64,000 bases of DNA, taken from contig JAZGFI010000170.1 of the NCBI GenBank assembly GCA_036479435.1, positions 1 through 64,000 on the forward strand. The letters are read 5' to 3'. Every line of letters begins with the position of its first letter. Positions within the stretch are counted from its first letter, which is position 1. Below, one piece after another: positions 46,769 to 57,365 of this stretch. Under the pieces are notes generated by a model. That model ran no database searches and was not told the origin of the DNA. It saw nothing but the letters and a program-made list of their open reading frames with translations. This DNA is from Planctomycetota bacterium. Lineage in GTDB: Bacteria; Planctomycetota; GCA-002687715; DRQF01. The position numbers and the translations under genes were made by a program.

Positions 46769-49492
46769 TTGAGCGAACGCGATCCCAGTCAACCCAACGA
46801 TGGTGCATCTGCTCCGCAGGATCACACCTCTTTTCGCCCGTCGACGACGAGTAAGAAGACGGTGCGTATTGAGGTTACAGAAGCGAAAGCCGATTTTCCG
46901 AGCGAGCCCGAGTTCATACCTGGCTACCAAGTCGTAAGGAAAATCGGCGAAGGCGGCATGGGAGTCGTCTATCAAGCACTTCAAGTCAGTCTCAATCGAC
47001 AGGTCGCCATCAAGGTAGTCAAAGGTGTCGGCAATCAAGACACCGACTTCAAGCGCCGCTTTCAACGCGAGGCGATCGCCGGAGCCTTGCTCAATCATCC
47101 CAATATCGTGGCGGTCTACGATCACGGCAACTACCAAAACACGGTCTACATGGTGTTGGAGTTTGTCGAGGGTCGCGACTGCAGTGAGATTCTGAAGGAA
47201 AGCGGACCCTTCGAAGAACGCTTCGCCTTCGAACTGGCTCGTGATGTGGTCCTTGGACTGAGTCACGCCTGCGCTGCGGGGGTCATTCACCGCGATATCA
47301 AACCGGCGAACATCATGGTCGCCGATGTCGCACAGACCGACGCCCGCCAGGTCGCCCACGGTGCCGCGAAGATCATGGACTTCGGCATCGCTTCGCTTAG
47401 AGAGTCGGTGAGGGGTGAGGATGCCACCGAGCTAACGCAGATGGGGACCGTCGTGGGCACCCCCGGCTACATGTCGCCCGAGCAGGCGATGGGCAAGGGC
47501 GTGGATTTCCGCGCCGACATCTACAGTTTGGGTAGCACCCTCTACTACTTCTTGGTGGGATCGGCACCTTGGCCCGGTGAAACGGCGATCGAAGTCTTCC
47601 ACAACAAGATGACCTCGCAGATTCCCAGCCCCGCCGATCTCGCCTCCGGAGTTACCCAAGGGGCCGTTCAAGTCATCGCGCGCATGATGGCGCGCGATGC
47701 CAATGACCGTTACCAAAGCTACGAAGACTTGCTGTCGGACATTGAAGCGGTCTTAAAGGGAGAGCAACCCTCAAGCGCTTCCATACCTTTGGCGTCCCAG
47801 AGCATTGCGCCATCCGAGGACGGCGAGGATCTCGACCAAACGGAGCTTGCCGCGACGATCCAGGCCTCCGCCGCTGTCTTGAGCCCGCCGACACCGGCGC
47901 GCCGCGGGGCCGCAAGCTCTGGCCTAAAGTCGCGCAAGACCGTGTGGGCAGCCTGTGCGATCGCTGTCGTCTTGCTGGCTTGCGTTGTCGGGTTAATGGT
48001 TTGGCAGAGCGATGGGAAGGTCGACGATCGAGAAACCAAGAACAAAGCCGATGGAAGCGCGTCGCCCAAAGTCGCCGACGAGCCCGCCGGCAATGGCGAA
48101 AGCGAAAATATCGCTGGCAACCCGCCACCTTTGACACCGGCGCCGCTCACGGCGGCAGAAAAAGCCAAGGCCGCCGCCGTCGAATGCAAGCTAATCATGG
48201 ACGAGCTTGAGTCCATGCCCGATGACGAATTCGCTGGTGAACTCGTCAGCCTGAGAGAAAACTTGGCGGCGAAACAAGCGGACCTCATGCCGAGACAGCG
48301 CCGCGCCTTACGCCGCAGTCTTCGCGAGTTGTTGAACAAACGCGGCCGCGCCATGGGCGGCGCCCTGATTGAAAAAGCGGATGCCGCTTGGCAGATCGGC
48401 GATTACGAGGCGATGGGTAAGGCTGTGGCCCAAACCGAGTCTTTGCTGCGGGACAGTTTTGAGTTGATTGCAGACGACGTCGAGAAAGTCGCACCTCGCT
48501 TGGCGGAACTTCGAAAAATCCGAAACGCGGCGCTTGGAGAAGGTCTCGGGAGTTTGGAGCGAGATCGCTGGACCAAAACTCAAGCAACCTCCGATCCGGT
48601 GGAGACCATTCGCCTCCTCGCTGATTTCGAGAGTTCGTATTGGTTCAGCCCCGTCCTGAGCGAGGCTCGCACGCGTCTCGCCGAGGCGCAAGCGGCGGCG
48701 CCTCACTTGGAGATCACCACGATCCCGAGAACGGCGATGCTCACGGTCAACACGCGCGAACTCGGAAACGACTCGTTTTCGGGTCCGATTCCCAAAGGTA
48801 GCGTGAGTCTCAAAGCGTCGGCGGCAGGTTTCTACGCCCTAGACTACGAGTTCGAGCACCAAGAAAAGAGTTCAAAGGTCCTTCGGCTGTCGCCGCGACC
48901 CGCCACGGTCTTGAAGATCAAGGGGCGTGGCCTAAGACACCTGCCCTTTGTTGGCGGGGCAAGGATGCCCGTTAAGGCGGATTGGAGTGTTCCGGTTGGA
49001 GCTCCATTTGGCATTCTCAGTGAGAGCGCGGCGATCGAGCTAGAGAATGAAAAAGGCCGCGAAGGTTGGTCCGATACCGGAGTCCGCCTTCAGCCATTCC
49101 TCGATCATCGAATGTTCAAAGACCGCCGAGGCTTCGCCATCAGTGTCGTTTTGGGTTGGACGAAAGGACGTGCGGAAGTGCGTTTGTCCCAGCAAAAAGG
49201 GCAGACGGCCGTCGTGGGTTGCGACGCCGAAGGTTACTACTACGGAACCCAAAGTGATTCTGGCGAAGACATCCAGCGTCTTCCCCAACTAAAATTGAAG
49301 CCGGGAATTGCTCAGGCTTTCTCATTGGAGTGGCACGGCGACGTTCTCGTCATTCGCGACGGATTTGGCGAAAACTCCAGTGTCGTCGGCTCGCTCAAGT
49401 TCGAAGGCGCCCAGTGGACGCGCTTCGCCTTGGCCGCCAAAGAGTCGAAAGTCAGTTTTGGCGACCTTCGCATCTATCCGATGACGCACTAA
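46769..49492 (+). CDS. Membrane Ser/Thr kinase with an extracytoplasmic region (PEGA-like and beta-sandwich)
   Basis: GEGGMG, VAIK, HRDIKPAN, DFG, YMSPEQ; TM VWAACAIAVVLLACVVGLMVW; LEITTIPRTAMLTVN. Confidence 0.9.
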   Translation: MSERDPSQPNDGASAPQDHTSFRPSTTSKKTVRIEVTEAKADFPSEPEFIPGYQVVRKIGEGGMGVVYQALQVSLNRQVAIKVVKGVGNQDTDFKRRFQREAIAGALLNHPNIVAVYDHGNYQNTVYMVLEFVEGRDCSEILKESGPFEERFAFELARDVVLGLSHACAAGVIHRDIKPANIMVADVAQTDARQVAHGAAKIMDFGIASLRESVRGEDATELTQMGTVVGTPGYMSPEQAMGKGVDFRADIYSLGSTLYYFLVGSAPWPGETAIEVFHNKMTSQIPSPADLASGVTQGAVQVIARMMARDANDRYQSYEDLLSDIEAVLKGEQPSSASIPLASQSIAPSEDGEDLDQTELAATIQASAAVLSPPTPARRGAASSGLKSRKTVWAACAIAVVLLACVVGLMVWQSDGKVDDRETKNKADGSASPKVADEPAGNGESENIAGNPPPLTPAPLTAAEKAKAAAVECKLIMDELESMPDDEFAGELVSLRENLAAKQADLMPRQRRALRRSLRELLNKRGRAMGGALIEKADAAWQIGDYEAMGKAVAQTESLLRDSFELIADDVEKVAPRLAELRKIRNAALGEGLGSLERDRWTKTQATSDPVETIRLLADFESSYWFSPVLSEARTRLAEAQAAAPHLEITTIPRTAMLTVNTRELGNDSFSGPIPKGSVSLKASAAGFYALDYEFEHQEKSSKVLRLSPRPATVLKIKGRGLRHLPFVGGARMPVKADWSVPVGAPFGILSESAAIELENEKGREGWSDTGVRLQPFLDHRMFKDRRGFAISVVLGWTKGRAEVRLSQQKGQTAVVGCDAEGYYYGTQSDSGEDIQRLPQLKLKPGIAQAFSLEWHGDVLVIRDGFGENSSVVGSLKFEGAQWTRFALAAKESKVSFGDLRIYPMTH

Positions 49493-49514
49493 AGCCGCTG
49501 TTGCCCCGCGGCCT

Positions 49515-50981
49515 TCAGAACCCAATCTCAATAAAGGCATTGAAGCGCCAAGCGTCGCCGTCTTCGCGGCCAACGTATTGCGTTTTCCAAAAGATGGCGT
49601 CTAAGCCGAGTTGCAAACCGCCTCCGAGGTCATAGCGCGTGGCGACGTAGGCCGTCCAGTTCGAGGCTCTTGAGGCTACCTCGAGGTCATCGAATTCTGG
49701 GTTATCGATAGAGGCGCCGACGCCAATTCCGAAGCGCTTCGTCGCTTGCCAAAAGAGCTCGGCAAACCCGCCCATGGTGTCAATTTCATCGCCGGTAGAG
49801 CGGTTGATGCTCTGGCCGATGCCGCCGCGCCAATCTCCGAGCGCGCTGCCGATGAAGGCCTCACCCTTGAGATGAACCCCGGCAAAGATGGGGATGAAGA
49901 AGTCGACGCCTAGCATCCAGCTATCGAAGTGGCGCTCGCCGTTGAGCCTCGTGTCGGTCTCAAGGCGAGCGATGAGTCCCGACAGGCCGATCGTCATACG
50001 GTCGCCGCGCACCCAAGAATCAACCGTGATCGAAGCTGCGACTTGTAGGTGTGGGATACCGGAGTCGACGCCGTCGAGTTCGGTCGTCAAGAACGTTCCG
50101 AATCCGGTATCGGCGTCTTCAGCGTTGACGGCACCCGTCGTTCCCAGAGCGACGCGAAAATCGTACTCGATGCCGCGACGGCTGCCACCGTGGTAGGCGG
50201 CTTGGATCATCGGTCGGCGATCGCCCAAGTTGCCGGTGTCCCAGAGGTGACGGTGTTGGTCAACGATGGGATCGTAGGGAGAGATGACGTCCCAGTCTTG
50301 TCCGAAACGAAGGCTCCAGGAACCGAAATTCAAATCGATGTAGGCCAAGAGCAAGCGTGCCCCGGCTCTCGATTCCGTTTCCGAACTGAATCCGCCGAAG
50401 TCGAATTCGACCTTGGCTGCGGTACGGCGCGTGCCCGCAATCGGTCCAAAGTCGTAGTTGAGTCCGATTGTGGTGTTGCGCGAATCTAAGGCGAAGGCGT
50501 CGTCATCTTCAGAGGCATTGATGCCGTCTTCGGGACGCACCCAGCGAGGGTCAATAGCGCGGTCAAATCGGGCGGTGTTGTGGTAAAGATCTAAGCGCAA
50601 CCGGCCATAGAACTGGAGTTTGGATCCGGAACGAGTCAGGTCATAACGCGTGAGGTAGTCCCGTCCGTAGGACGAAGCACTGGCACTACCGCCACCTTCG
50701 GACTCGATCATGTCTTCGAGCCCTTTGAGCATGGTCTCCAGACGATTGTCTTCGTGGCCTTCGCGACGCTCAATACGTTCAACCAGCGCTTGGTTGTTGC
50801 GCTCGGTGGTACTGAGACGATCGAGCACCTGGTTGTGACTGCTCGTCAGGCGCTGGTTCTGCTGGATGAGCTGGCGGTTTTGCTCTTCGAGAGTGCGCAC
50901 GCGCTCCTCAAGAGTCTGCGCCGAGAGGCTCAGTGTGAAAATGGCAAAGACCAAGATGGCGTTGCGGCAATAGGCGAACAC
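49515..50981 (-). CDS. Outer-membrane beta-barrel porin (DcaP-like) with an N-terminal coiled coil
   Basis: GGAGG RBS and GTG start, signal peptide, LEERVRTLEEQ coiled coil, LQFYGRLRLD, RFGQDW, C-terminal Phe (FIEIGF). Confidence 0.8.
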   Translation of the reverse strand: MFAYCRNAILVFAIFTLSLSAQTLEERVRTLEEQNRQLIQQNQRLTSSHNQVLDRLSTTERNNQALVERIERREGHEDNRLETMLKGLEDMIESEGGGSASASSYGRDYLTRYDLTRSGSKLQFYGRLRLDLYHNTARFDRAIDPRWVRPEDGINASEDDDAFALDSRNTTIGLNYDFGPIAGTRRTAAKVEFDFGGFSSETESRAGARLLLAYIDLNFGSWSLRFGQDWDVISPYDPIVDQHRHLWDTGNLGDRRPMIQAAYHGGSRRGIEYDFRVALGTTGAVNAEDADTGFGTFLTTELDGVDSGIPHLQVAASITVDSWVRGDRMTIGLSGLIARLETDTRLNGERHFDSWMLGVDFFIPIFAGVHLKGEAFIGSALGDWRGGIGQSINRSTGDEIDTMGGFAELFWQATKRFGIGVGASIDNPEFDDLEVASRASNWTAYVATRYDLGGGLQLGLDAIFWKTQYVGREDGDAWRFNAFIEIGF

Positions 50982-51144
50982 AGGATCCCTCCTCCGGTCC
51001 AATCGATAACGCAAACTATGGCGTATTCTTAGTTTCTGTCAACGGCGTCCGGTGCCGGGACGGCTGATAGTTTTAGTATCCTCGCAGAGGATGACACGAT
51101 TTGCCAGCTGCCCTGAAAGCGGCCAGAAGAAGGCGAGTAGAGGC

Positions 51145-51909
51145 ATGAATGAAGACGAGAACAAGGCGATTGAGCAGTGGCGGCGGCGCCGCCGCCAACG
51201 AAAAGCGGATGAGCTCATTCGTTTTTTGGTCTCACAGGCCGAGCCGTCCAGTATCGAGCTGCTAACGACAGCTTTTGCCAAGACGGCAGCGCCGACGACC
51301 GGTGAGCTGGAATTGTCCGACTTATTGCGGCAATTCGCATCAGCAACCGATCGACGCGACGGCCTGCAGCTTGCTCTTGACGCCGCTATAGCCTCTCATC
51401 CGGCTCTGGGGGCGGCCATGAACCAGGCGCGGATAGATTTGGAAAACTCCGGCGATGAGGTCGAGTACAAGCGTACGGAAACGGAGCGTTTTTTGGGGCC
51501 AGCGGGTTGGAGACTGCGTGAGCAGCGACTTCGCGCCGCCTGGGAGCAACATCTCTCCCAACATGGTGCAGAAAAGGCGGCGGCGAGGCTGTGGGCTGCC
51601 GCCTACGAAATTGAATCTGAAGCGCCCGAAGTCGAATTCGAAAGCGCCCTCGCCAATGTCATCGCCGACGACGACATGGAAAGTGGCTACGCACTGGTCC
51701 AAGGTCTCGTCGAAGGCGCGCAAGATCCCCAAGAGATGCAGGACATCCTCGAGGGCCCCTTCGCCAAATTGTTCGACCGCTGGCCCACAAAGTGTTTGGA
51801 GCGCTGGGAAGACCAAGGCCTTGGTGCCTTCGAGTCACTCATTCAGCCGCTCAATCGCGGTGACATCCAAGAGCGATACTGGGACCGCCTCGTCCGCCTT
51901 CAGCGCTGA
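51145..51909 (+). CDS. Hypothetical helical protein
   Basis: Long ORF with an upstream GAGG RBS; no motif recognised with confidence. Confidence 0.6.
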   Translation: MNEDENKAIEQWRRRRRQRKADELIRFLVSQAEPSSIELLTTAFAKTAAPTTGELELSDLLRQFASATDRRDGLQLALDAAIASHPALGAAMNQARIDLENSGDEVEYKRTETERFLGPAGWRLREQRLRAAWEQHLSQHGAEKAAARLWAAAYEIESEAPEVEFESALANVIADDDMESGYALVQGLVEGAQDPQEMQDILEGPFAKLFDRWPTKCLERWEDQGLGAFESLIQPLNRGDIQERYWDRLVRLQR

Positions 51910-51915
51910 ACGCCA

Positions 51916-54036
51916 TCACTTGAGCCAGGGGCCGTAGTCGACGTCGACGGGGGGGAGGTCCTTTGCCCGCGAGTTGGCATCTTTCAGGTAGTGATCGAAC
52001 CATCGCAAAGTTCGGACACAGTAGTCGTAGCGATTGACGTTCTTGCGGTTGCCGTGGCCTTCGCCCGCATATTGAATGTAGCGCACCGGCGTGTCCGTTG
52101 CGGTTTTCACGGCGCGATAAAGCATGTGCGGCTGACTGGGGTGGACGCGAGGGTCAGCGGTTCCGCCCAAGAGTAAAAGCGGAGTCTTGCAACGTGGCGC
52201 GTAGGTTAAAGGGCTTCGATCCGCGAGGAAGGCCTCCTGCTCATGCGGCCACTTCTCTTGGTAGTGGACGAGGAAAAACTCGATCGGGATGTCGGTCGTC
52301 AGCCACTTGGTACGGATGTCGACGAAGGGCACGAAGCTGACCGCTGCGGCAAAATGTTCGCTGTGCCGAGTTGCGGCCCAGGCCGCTGTGTAGCCCCCGT
52401 AGGAGCCGCCGCCGATGCCGACCCGCTTGCGGTCAATCAGCTTTTCGTCTGCGAATAGGGCAATGGCGTCCAGGTGATCGTTGAACTCGCCGCCCATGGG
52501 GTCGCCGTGGTCAGCCTTGGCAAAAGCGACTCCGTAGCCGGTGCTGGCGCGATAGTTGGGCATCCATACCAGGTAACCCCGCGCGGCGAGAACTTGACCC
52601 CAAGTGCTGTAGTGCGTGTTCCAACCGTTTGAATAGTGGGATTCAGGGCCTCCGTGAGCGACGATAACGAGGGGGTAGAGCTTCGCGGCGTCGTAGTCGA
52701 TGGGGTAGATCAGCAGCCCTTCGATCTCGAGCCCGTCGCGGGCCTTGAACTTGCGAACGACCTGTCGTCCAAGCTCCTCATTGTCGAGGGTGGGGTTTGA
52801 ATTCGTGAGGCGCTTTGCCCTGCCGCTTCCAAAACTGAGTTCGAACACCTCGGCGGGGTGATGTGGCGTCGACGCGGCGGCGAAGACCTGTCCGGATTTT
52901 GTTTTCTCGCTGAAGCCGTGAAAGGCGCGACCCTTGCCGACAAAAAGTGGAGTCCGCTTGCCGCTTTTGGCGTCCACCCGAACGGCGATAGATTCGACGC
53001 CCTCGGAAACGCAGGCGAGTAAGTTTTTGGAATTCTCCCATTTGACCGTGTGGTACATGCCGCGGTAATCGGCCGACAAAGCTCGCGCTTCGCTAGCCCC
53101 CTCGTCCATGATGTAGAGCATCCCCGCGTGCGGGTCGCGTTTGTCAGCGGCGCTGATGTAGGCCAGCGACTTGCCGTCGGGCGACCACGCAAGGGCCCCG
53201 AGCTTGCCAGGATTGTCAACGAAATCTCGCATGCCGCCCGAAGGCAAGTCGATGATCTTCAGGCGCTTCGCCATGTAGCTGTCATCGACGAGGTTGCGGG
53301 GGGCCACGGCGCAAGCTAGTTTTTTACCATCGGGAGAAAAGGCGAGATCAAAAACGGAGACGCCTTGGGTTAACTGTCGCGACTCGCCCGTGCTGGCGTC
53401 CCAGATCCACAGGCTGAGGTGACGGTAGTCTTCGTCGAAGACCTTGGGCCTAAAGCCTGCTTTTTGGGCTTTGGCTCGTGCGGGTGGCAAGGGATCGGTT
53501 TTGCTGAAAGCCATCGCCATCCCGTCCGGTCGCCAATGGAATCGACCCACACCGTGCTTCGTCTTGGTGAGGCGTTGCGCCTCACCGCCGGACAAAGGCA
53601 ATGAGTAGACCTCGCGATGCGAGTCGCCGTTGCGTTGATCGAGAAAAGTCAAAGCATTGTGGCCGGGCCGGTAGCTGAACCCACCGACGTTGCGCTTGGC
53701 ACTAAGAATGGGAGTTAGTTCGTCTTGGGGTCCCGCGGGTACGCGGTAGGCCCGGACGTGCACTCCGCCTGGAGCCTCCGATGGTTTACGCGGTTCGACG
53801 CGGATAAAGATGGCGTGATCGTGCTCTGAGCTGCTAACGACTTGAGAAACGTAGCGAAGTTGGTCGAGCTCGAAGGCATCGAGCCCCTTAGAACTCGGCT
53901 GCGGCTGAGCTTCAGCTGAGCGGCTGGTTTGTGCCACCGCGCCCAGGCCGTTGATCGCCATGGCGACCATCACGAGTAAAAATGCGAAGTGAGTGAAGAA
54001 CTTTGCGTTGGCGAGTTTTGGATGGTGCATTGTCAT
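51916..54036 (-). CDS. Secreted S9-family (acylaminoacyl-peptidase-like) serine peptidase
   Basis: Propeller repeats WSPDG, HGGPE, NYRAS, GGSYGG, DPRV, GEGHG. Confidence 0.92.
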   Translation of the reverse strand: MTMHHPKLANAKFFTHFAFLLVMVAMAINGLGAVAQTSRSAEAQPQPSSKGLDAFELDQLRYVSQVVSSSEHDHAIFIRVEPRKPSEAPGGVHVRAYRVPAGPQDELTPILSAKRNVGGFSYRPGHNALTFLDQRNGDSHREVYSLPLSGGEAQRLTKTKHGVGRFHWRPDGMAMAFSKTDPLPPARAKAQKAGFRPKVFDEDYRHLSLWIWDASTGESRQLTQGVSVFDLAFSPDGKKLACAVAPRNLVDDSYMAKRLKIIDLPSGGMRDFVDNPGKLGALAWSPDGKSLAYISAADKRDPHAGMLYIMDEGASEARALSADYRGMYHTVKWENSKNLLACVSEGVESIAVRVDAKSGKRTPLFVGKGRAFHGFSEKTKSGQVFAAASTPHHPAEVFELSFGSGRAKRLTNSNPTLDNEELGRQVVRKFKARDGLEIEGLLIYPIDYDAAKLYPLVIVAHGGPESHYSNGWNTHYSTWGQVLAARGYLVWMPNYRASTGYGVAFAKADHGDPMGGEFNDHLDAIALFADEKLIDRKRVGIGGGSYGGYTAAWAATRHSEHFAAAVSFVPFVDIRTKWLTTDIPIEFFLVHYQEKWPHEQEAFLADRSPLTYAPRCKTPLLLLGGTADPRVHPSQPHMLYRAVKTATDTPVRYIQYAGEGHGNRKNVNRYDYCVRTLRWFDHYLKDANSRAKDLPPVDVDYGPWLK

Positions 54037-54172
54037 GAATTCCGAAACGACAAGTACTTGTGATGAGGGCTGAGGATCGGCCAGATTGCTCCGCCTGTCA
54101 AACTAGGAATAGAAGTCGGGCTTCAGAACCCGAATAGATAGGCTTCGGGGCCCCCCACATTGGAGACATCTC

Positions 54173-57100
54173 TTGTCTCAAGACAGCCCGAATTCCGCCG
54201 GCCAAACCGACCCCAAAGAGATCGATACCAGCGCTGATACCGGACGAATAGCGTCGGATACCCATAACGAGGTGACCTTGGGCGTTTCGCGCGACGAAAG
54301 AACTGCGACTGCGACCTACGATCAGCCTTTTGAGATCGCTGGCTTTAAGATTCGCGAGGAACTGGGTCGGGGCGGGATGGGGATTGTCTACCTCGCCGAA
54401 GATCTGGACCTGAACCGCTTGGTTGCCCTAAAGATTCTTCCGGAGGGTTTCGCAACCTCGCCCGCGGCGCGAGCTCGTTTTCAGCGCGAAGCCGCGATCG
54501 CGTCGCGCTTTGAGCATCCCAATCTCTGCGGCGTTCAGCGTGTCGGCGAAACCGACGGCAAGCTTTGGATCGCGATGCGATACATCAAGGGTCAGCCTTT
54601 CGAAGAACTGTTGGAGTCATCTCCGACAAGATCTAGCGGCGCGCTGAGTCGACTGAGCCATGCCGACTCGAAGCTGAGCCGCCATCTACGAATCTTGGAG
54701 AAAGTCGCTCGAGGTCTCGAAGTGGCCCACGATGCGGGCGTGATTCATCGCGATCTTAAGCCCGGCAACATCATGATTGCCGAGGACGGTGAGCCCGTGC
54801 TGCTTGACTTCGGTTTGGCCCAAGATATCGACAGCCGAATGGCGGGTGCGGGGCTTACTCAATCGGGCGACCTTTTGGGGACGCCCGTCTACATGGCACC
54901 GGAACAAATCCGCGGCGAATCTCACCGCGCGGATGCTGGCGTGGACGTTTGGGCCTTAGGGGTCATGCTCTACGAGTTGGCCGCGGGCCAAAGGCCTTTT
55001 GACGGGGCGACGCGCGACGCGCTTTACCACAATATTCTAGAGCAAGAGCCGAGGTCGTTGCGAAAAGTGCGCCCCGGCGTCCCTCGCGACCTGGAAACCA
55101 TTGTTGAGACCGCATTGAGCAAGGACCGCAACGGGCGTTACGCGAGCGCCGGTGCACTGGCCGATGACCTTGAGGCGCTTCGCGAGATCCGTCCGATTCG
55201 GGCGCGTCCGGCCAGTCTTGTCGAAAAGACGATCAAGTGGTCGCGGCGGCGGCCGGCGGCCGCGGCTCTCTTACTGCTCGCCTGCCTTACCCTGCCCACG
55301 GTGAGCTGGCTCTACTGGAGCGGCAAAAACAAAGACGCAAGTCTCTACCGCGTCGCCGACGGTCACCTCGAAGACGCCGAGAGTGCCTTGTACTCCCGTC
55401 GGCCCCTGCTGGCGGCTCGGGCGCTCGCCGAGTTCGACCGTCTAAGGCTCGACGCCAACGGCCATGAATCACGCGTCGCGAGCCTACGAGAGAGGCTTGA
55501 GACCGCTCGGCTTCGCCAGCAAGTCGAAGTCCTCGTTTTTGACGAGGACGGTGACCCCAAGGGTCAGGCCGCTCTGGCGCGACTTGACGAACTGAGCCGT
55601 CGTCCCGGCGCGAAGCTCGCCGCGACCAAACTCCGTGCCTTGGTATTGGTCCGCACGGGTCGCGAAGAAGAGGCGAAGCAACTCTTGCGAGCTCGATCCC
55701 CGGAACAGGATCCCGAACTGGTGGAACTGCGCCAAGGGCTGTTCGAAGATCAGACGATCGTTGTGAAGGAGGAGCTGTCTGCTGCGAGTCTCGATGAAGC
55801 TTTGGCCGCCAGCGTTCGCGGTCGACATCTTGATGCTCTCGTCATTCTCGAAAGCCTGATGGAACAACAGCCCGAGGCACATTGGCTCGCTTGGTTCGCG
55901 GCCGAACAATCCACGCGCTTGCAGGACTATCACGCAGCTCTCGCTCATGCAGGACGGGCTCGGGCCCTCTTGGGAGAAATGTCGCCGCTGCAGAAGGGGC
56001 GCTACTCGGTTCATCTGCGCCGCGCGGGTCATGTTCAAGAAGCGCTACGTCAGGCCATGACAGCTATGGTGGCCGCGCCCAACCAACTCCTGTTGCGTCT
56101 ACATCTAGCGGGGGCATCTTCCGATGCCGGCAACTTGGACGGCGCGATTCGCATTTATCGGGACGCATTGAAACGCAACCCCGAGTTCGCCGCAGCCTGG
56201 CGTGGACTGGGTACCGTCTACCACGATCGCGGACGATTTGCCGAGGCGGAAGAAGCGGTCCGCAAGAGCCTTGAGATCGAACCCGAAGACCCGGCGGCGC
56301 TCAACAACTTGGCCTCCTGCCTCATCGAACAAGAAAAAAACGTTGAGGCGGTCACGGTCTTGGAGAAGTCCCTCCAGCTGCGACCCGACTTCCCCTTTGC
56401 CCTAAACTCGCTTTCCGTGGCACGGCTTCGCAGTGGAGACCTCGACGGTGCGATGGAGGTTATTGATCGCACTCTAGAACTGACACCTCTTTATGCGCAG
56501 GGTCACCATAATCGTGGCAACATCCTCTTCTCCAAGGGCGATTTGGATTCGGCCTTTGCCAGCTATCGCCGAGCTTTTGAGTTGTCGCCAGAGTTCATCG
56601 AGCCACGCCTTAAGATGGCGACGGTTCTACTGCGACAAAAACGGCCCGAAGCGGCTGAGAAGATCTACCGCGAAGTCATCGAGCGTGGCGAGTGGAACGA
56701 AGCCCTCACGAATCTGTCGAACATCCTTCTCGGCCGCGGCGAAATGAAAGAAGCGCTGGGCTACGCCGAGCGCGCGGTCAAAGCGGTTCCCGGAGATGTC
56801 AACTGTCTACGGAATCTTGCCAGCGCACAAATGAGCAATGGACTGATGGCTGCCGCCGTGGAAACTTTGGCCCAAGCGCTCAGCCATGAGCCGGCGAACG
56901 AAGCTCTCATAGTGGGAATCGCAGTCTTGTCGGCCCAGACGGATGCTCTGGTTGCGTACGCCCTCGCGCGGCGGCTCGAAGTCCTGAACTCTCCTTTGCT
57001 GGCCCATGCAAAAGCGCTCTTAGGTCCTCTTAGTGTGGTCATCAAAGAAACGATGCCGCAGCGGGCGCTTAGTTGTGCCCTGCAAGGAAAAGCTCACTTC

Positions 57101-57337
57101 GGGGCGGGGCGCAAAGCCGAGGCGCAGGAGGCGCTAGAAAAAGCGATCGCGCTCTGCTCTAAGACCGAGGCTCCAACTGATCACCGCCAACGCTACGTCG
57201 TGTGGATTGGCGAGCACGAGATCTCGGAGTTGGCGCAACTATTGGGAGCCGAAGAACGAAAAAAGGAATGTGCCGCGGCGCTCCTGCGGTGCCAGGCACC
57301 GCGCCGTCACTCTGTGGTGCCTGGCACGGAAAAGTGA
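54173..57337 (+). CDS. Ser/Thr kinase with a TM segment and many TPR repeats
   Basis: GRGGMG, VALK, HRDLKPGN, DFGLA, YMAPEQ, RPIRARP linker, TPRs (AWRGLG, ALNNLA, GHHNRG). Confidence 0.92.
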   Translation: MSQDSPNSAGQTDPKEIDTSADTGRIASDTHNEVTLGVSRDERTATATYDQPFEIAGFKIREELGRGGMGIVYLAEDLDLNRLVALKILPEGFATSPAARARFQREAAIASRFEHPNLCGVQRVGETDGKLWIAMRYIKGQPFEELLESSPTRSSGALSRLSHADSKLSRHLRILEKVARGLEVAHDAGVIHRDLKPGNIMIAEDGEPVLLDFGLAQDIDSRMAGAGLTQSGDLLGTPVYMAPEQIRGESHRADAGVDVWALGVMLYELAAGQRPFDGATRDALYHNILEQEPRSLRKVRPGVPRDLETIVETALSKDRNGRYASAGALADDLEALREIRPIRARPASLVEKTIKWSRRRPAAAALLLLACLTLPTVSWLYWSGKNKDASLYRVADGHLEDAESALYSRRPLLAARALAEFDRLRLDANGHESRVASLRERLETARLRQQVEVLVFDEDGDPKGQAALARLDELSRRPGAKLAATKLRALVLVRTGREEEAKQLLRARSPEQDPELVELRQGLFEDQTIVVKEELSAASLDEALAASVRGRHLDALVILESLMEQQPEAHWLAWFAAEQSTRLQDYHAALAHAGRARALLGEMSPLQKGRYSVHLRRAGHVQEALRQAMTAMVAAPNQLLLRLHLAGASSDAGNLDGAIRIYRDALKRNPEFAAAWRGLGTVYHDRGRFAEAEEAVRKSLEIEPEDPAALNNLASCLIEQEKNVEAVTVLEKSLQLRPDFPFALNSLSVARLRSGDLDGAMEVIDRTLELTPLYAQGHHNRGNILFSKGDLDSAFASYRRAFELSPEFIEPRLKMATVLLRQKRPEAAEKIYREVIERGEWNEALTNLSNILLGRGEMKEALGYAERAVKAVPGDVNCLRNLASAQMSNGLMAAAVETLAQALSHEPANEALIVGIAVLSAQTDALVAYALARRLEVLNSPLLAHAKALLGPLSVVIKETMPQRALSCALQGKAHFGAGRKAEAQEALEKAIALCSKTEAPTDHRQRYVVWIGEHEISELAQLLGAEERKKECAAALLRCQAPRRHSVVPGTEK

Positions 57338-57356
57338 CGGCGTGGTGCCTGGCACC
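57288..57356. repeat. Three REP-like palindromes GGTGCC(A/T)GGCAC(C/G) at 28-bp spacing
   Basis: Copies start at 57288, 57316 and 57344; the outer two close a 24-bp stem. Confidence 0.88.
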
Positions 57357-57365
57357 CGGTGTGCG

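Noticed and set aside
57288..57356. Mini CRISPR array
   Set aside because: The 13-bp repeats and 15-bp gaps are too short, and the gaps are complementary to each other.
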